The translations under genes were made by a program, and so were the position numbers. Positions 61,420 to 64,000 of a stretch of 64,000 bases of DNA are shown here, in pieces. A model generated the notes under the pieces. The model was not told where the DNA came from. It saw only the letters and a list, made by a program, of their open reading frames with translations, and made no database searches. The DNA is from Eledone cirrhosa (lineage: Eukaryota), in contig CAXHJY010001528.1 of the NCBI GenBank assembly GCA_964016885.1, positions 1 to 64,000 on the forward strand, in the 5' to 3' direction. Within the stretch, counting starts at the first letter, position 1. The number at the start of each line of letters is the position of its first letter.

Positions 61420-63686
61420 CACGTCAAAGAAACAGTCCTTTTTTCTGGGGAGTCGCTTGATAAGCCGTATCAGCCTCACAGGGATGATGCATTTTTATAG
61501 TGCAGAACGTTGCACACGGATCGGCGAAACTATAGTCAGGACTTTAAAGAAAAAATGGGTATATTTTTGTCTATTATTTCCTCATATTATATATATATAT
61601 ATATATATGGTGAGCTCCGTAGAGTCTCCGCCTACCAAATTTCATTGACAATGCCTTGGTCAGTACGAGGATCTATTGAAGAAGCCATTTACCCCAAGAT
61701 GTCATACAGTGAGATAGAACCCGAAATTACGGGATTACTAAGCGAGCTTCTTAAACTTGCTTCCTTTCATATTGAAAATAATTTATACTTACTGGGAATC
61801 TTAGGGTTGTTAATTGGTCCATCTATATATACAGCTCGTAGAAGGTTACTTTCCCATAAGAAAAGGGGTTCACCATCATCTAAATATGGCTAAAAATACA
61901 GAAGGTATACGGAAATTAAAGAGGAAGTATTGATAATTAATACAATTCCGATGAAATATCGCCCCCATCTCCAGTCATGAGCAAACTGGGGAACCAGTGG
62001 CCACATGGGGCTTGTTTGGCTTTCTGAATGTCATATCTAATTTCAAAATTCCCTCGATCTTTTGAGTAGTGTTGTCCAACACTCTACCGATACTGCCAAT
62101 CCGCCCTGTGTGCCTTTAATAATGGTTTCTTATATAGGCACAAGAACAGCAATTTTGGGGGAGGGGGAAGTCAATTAAATCGACCCCAGTGCGTGACTGG
62201 TACTTTATTTTATCGACCCCGTAAGGATGAAAGGCAAAGTTAACCTCGGCGGGATTTGAACTCAGATCATAAAGGGCCGTAACTCTATGCTACAAAGCAT
62301 GGCGTCCAACCCACTACCGATACTGCCAATCCACTGCCCTCTATGTGCCTTTGATAATAAAGTTTGAGCGTTGAACTCACAATCTCACGATTGTGAGTTC
62401 GATTTCCGGAACGGGCGGTGAACAAAACACTTTATTTTACATTGCTCCAGTTCATTCAGCTGGAAAAAATGAGTTACGACGTATCAGCCATTTTTTTCTT
62501 TTTCCTAGGACAACATTTGTAGCGTATACAGGGGTGACTGGTATGCATGGGCGATTGCTTGTCTTCAACAAAAACACCTTGCCCTAGATTGTGTCTCCAA
62601 GAACTTTCTGGGTGTAAATCCATGGTCATTCATGACCGAAAGGGGTCTACGACAATACTAGACTAAAAAGTCTTAGCCTCCCCCCCCCCTCCCTCCCCAC
62701 CCCAAAAGAAGACCTATTATTTAAAAGTTTTATAGAAAGTTAATCTTACTAACCCTTGAAAGCATTGAATCAGAAACTGTTCCTAATGCATTTATTACGA
62801 TTTCTTTGTATCTGTAAGAAATAAAATAGAATATAAAATCTAATGATTTATTCGGAAGTATAAACGAAAGAGAGATATAATTGTGAGGTGAAGGAAGAAT
62901 ACGTATTAACGTCTCTGAGCAGAGTGGGGCCTATTTGTCAGAGTAAGAATAGGCTGATTTCTACCTATATGTTACTCCTCATTTTCAGATTAAATAATAA
63001 GTGTCGGAGGAAGAAAGGTCACGAGGAAAACTCAACACTCTTAGCAGTATGGTATATCTCAGCAGCGCACCGCGGACAAGATGGCGAAAGCAATACCGCA
63101 GAGAATAGCTAACGATGTCCACTACATCAGCCATTCTACCTCGTAGAGCTCCTTCCCGGGGTGCAAAATACATACATACACACACACACATATATATATA
63201 TATGTGTGTGTGCGCGTACGTATACACATAAATGCATACATATATATATATACGTACGTACATACATACATATATATGTGTATATGTATATATATATATT
63301 TGAGTTGTGACGTCACTGGTGCCAAGATATATCGGCCTTTGCTTTCTCTTGGACAACGTCGGTGATGTGGAGAGTAGAGATTGGCATGCATGATCTTCCA
63401 TAAAGCACATTTGCCCGAGTTAGGACTTAGAGAGGAACTTTTCAGATGCAAACCTATGATTAATCACGACTCAGTTGAGACTGAGTAGGAGGGATCAAGG
63501 ATCGTGTCAGAAATAAGGTACTAAGGACAGTTCCAAGGCAATGTAGATTAAATAAAATTATTCCAACAGAGAATCAAAACTGGGACGAGGTCACGATTTT
63601 CCGGGAGCTTTATCTAACGTTCTACACTAGTGACAAAGAAATCAAGGTTCTTACTTATGGTTGCTTCGTTCTGTATCCAGCAATAC
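58101..63686 (-). CDS. CBM9-like domain protein, paralog B (3' part; 5' exons lie beyond the window)
   Basis: Exons in 5'->3' order: 63686-63655 (VLLDTERSNHK), 62811-62754 (YKEIVINALGTVSDSMLSR), 61889-61793 (PYLDDGEP...IDGPINNP), 60973-60862 (FWQIEMALPF...WQANFVR), 60416-60374 (SNWEVEVVGNKYEK), 59807-59737 (DWWVWNSP...HLPDR), 59113-59005 (WGLLQF...), 58307-58101 (...LPPYI...LDWGGF...IRTDRYMW...stop). Sizes 32/58/97/112/43/71 are identical to paralog A. Confidence 0.88.
58385..58720. repeat. About 55-bp minisatellite, about 6 copies
   Basis: Unit approx. AATATA(T/C)AAATAG...AAGGGGAGAAATTATAGTTGGACTGGTC(T/C)ATAG; intronic in paralog B. Confidence 0.85.
59517..59677. repeat. (GAT/GGT)n trinucleotide low-complexity tract
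   Basis: Explains the Asp/Gly- and Met/Val-rich spurious ORFs at 59463-59721. Confidence 0.85.
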
Positions 63687-64000
63687 CTGACAATAAAATT
63701 ATATTTAATATTAAAACAGAGTAATAAAACAATACTGAGAATTTCAAGAGGGAAGGAATAGGAATTATATTGATTTCTAATTAAAGCAAAGAGCCAGCAA
63801 ATTTTGGAGGAAGGGCGAAGTTGATTAAATAGACTCCAGTACCTGACTAGTACTTTATTTTATCGACATCGGGAGGATGAATGACAAAGTTGACCACGGA
63901 CAGACATAGTCACACAATATATTGACATCTTAACAGAAGAAATGTATTAATCAGAAGGAAAATGACAGACATTGTGATACAGCCACGCCAAGTTGTTTTC

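Overview
AT-rich, microsatellite- and SINE-laden animal genomic DNA; the repeat landscape suggests a coleoid cephalopod such as Octopus (inference). I reconstructed four protein-coding genes by hand from splice sites and frame continuity. (1) An RNF14-like RBR E3 ligase with an intronless CDS (minus, 2221-3600). (2) A complete 22-exon NXF1/TAP mRNA export factor (plus, 14489-41521, about 643 aa). (3, 4) Two tandem minus-strand paralogs with matching exon structure encoding a CBM9-like (DOMON-like) domain that resembles bacterial carbohydrate-binding family 9-like proteins: one complete (47077-56154, about 420 aa, N-terminal membrane anchor) and one running off the window (58101->63686). The main finding is in NXF1. 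The conserved 110-nt exon / large intron / 37-nt exon cassette is present, and retaining the intron gives an immediate stop (about 338-aa short NXF1). The intron also contains a hairpin at 34757-34814 with both signature strands of the retroviral/vertebrate constitutive transport element (CTE). This suggests a CTE-based NXF1 autoregulatory intron-retention system in a protostome invertebrate. The rest of the window is transposon debris (RTE and CRE LINEs, piggyBac, hAT and Tc1/mariner-type MITEs, SINEs) and simple repeats, which account for most of the short ORFs in the track.
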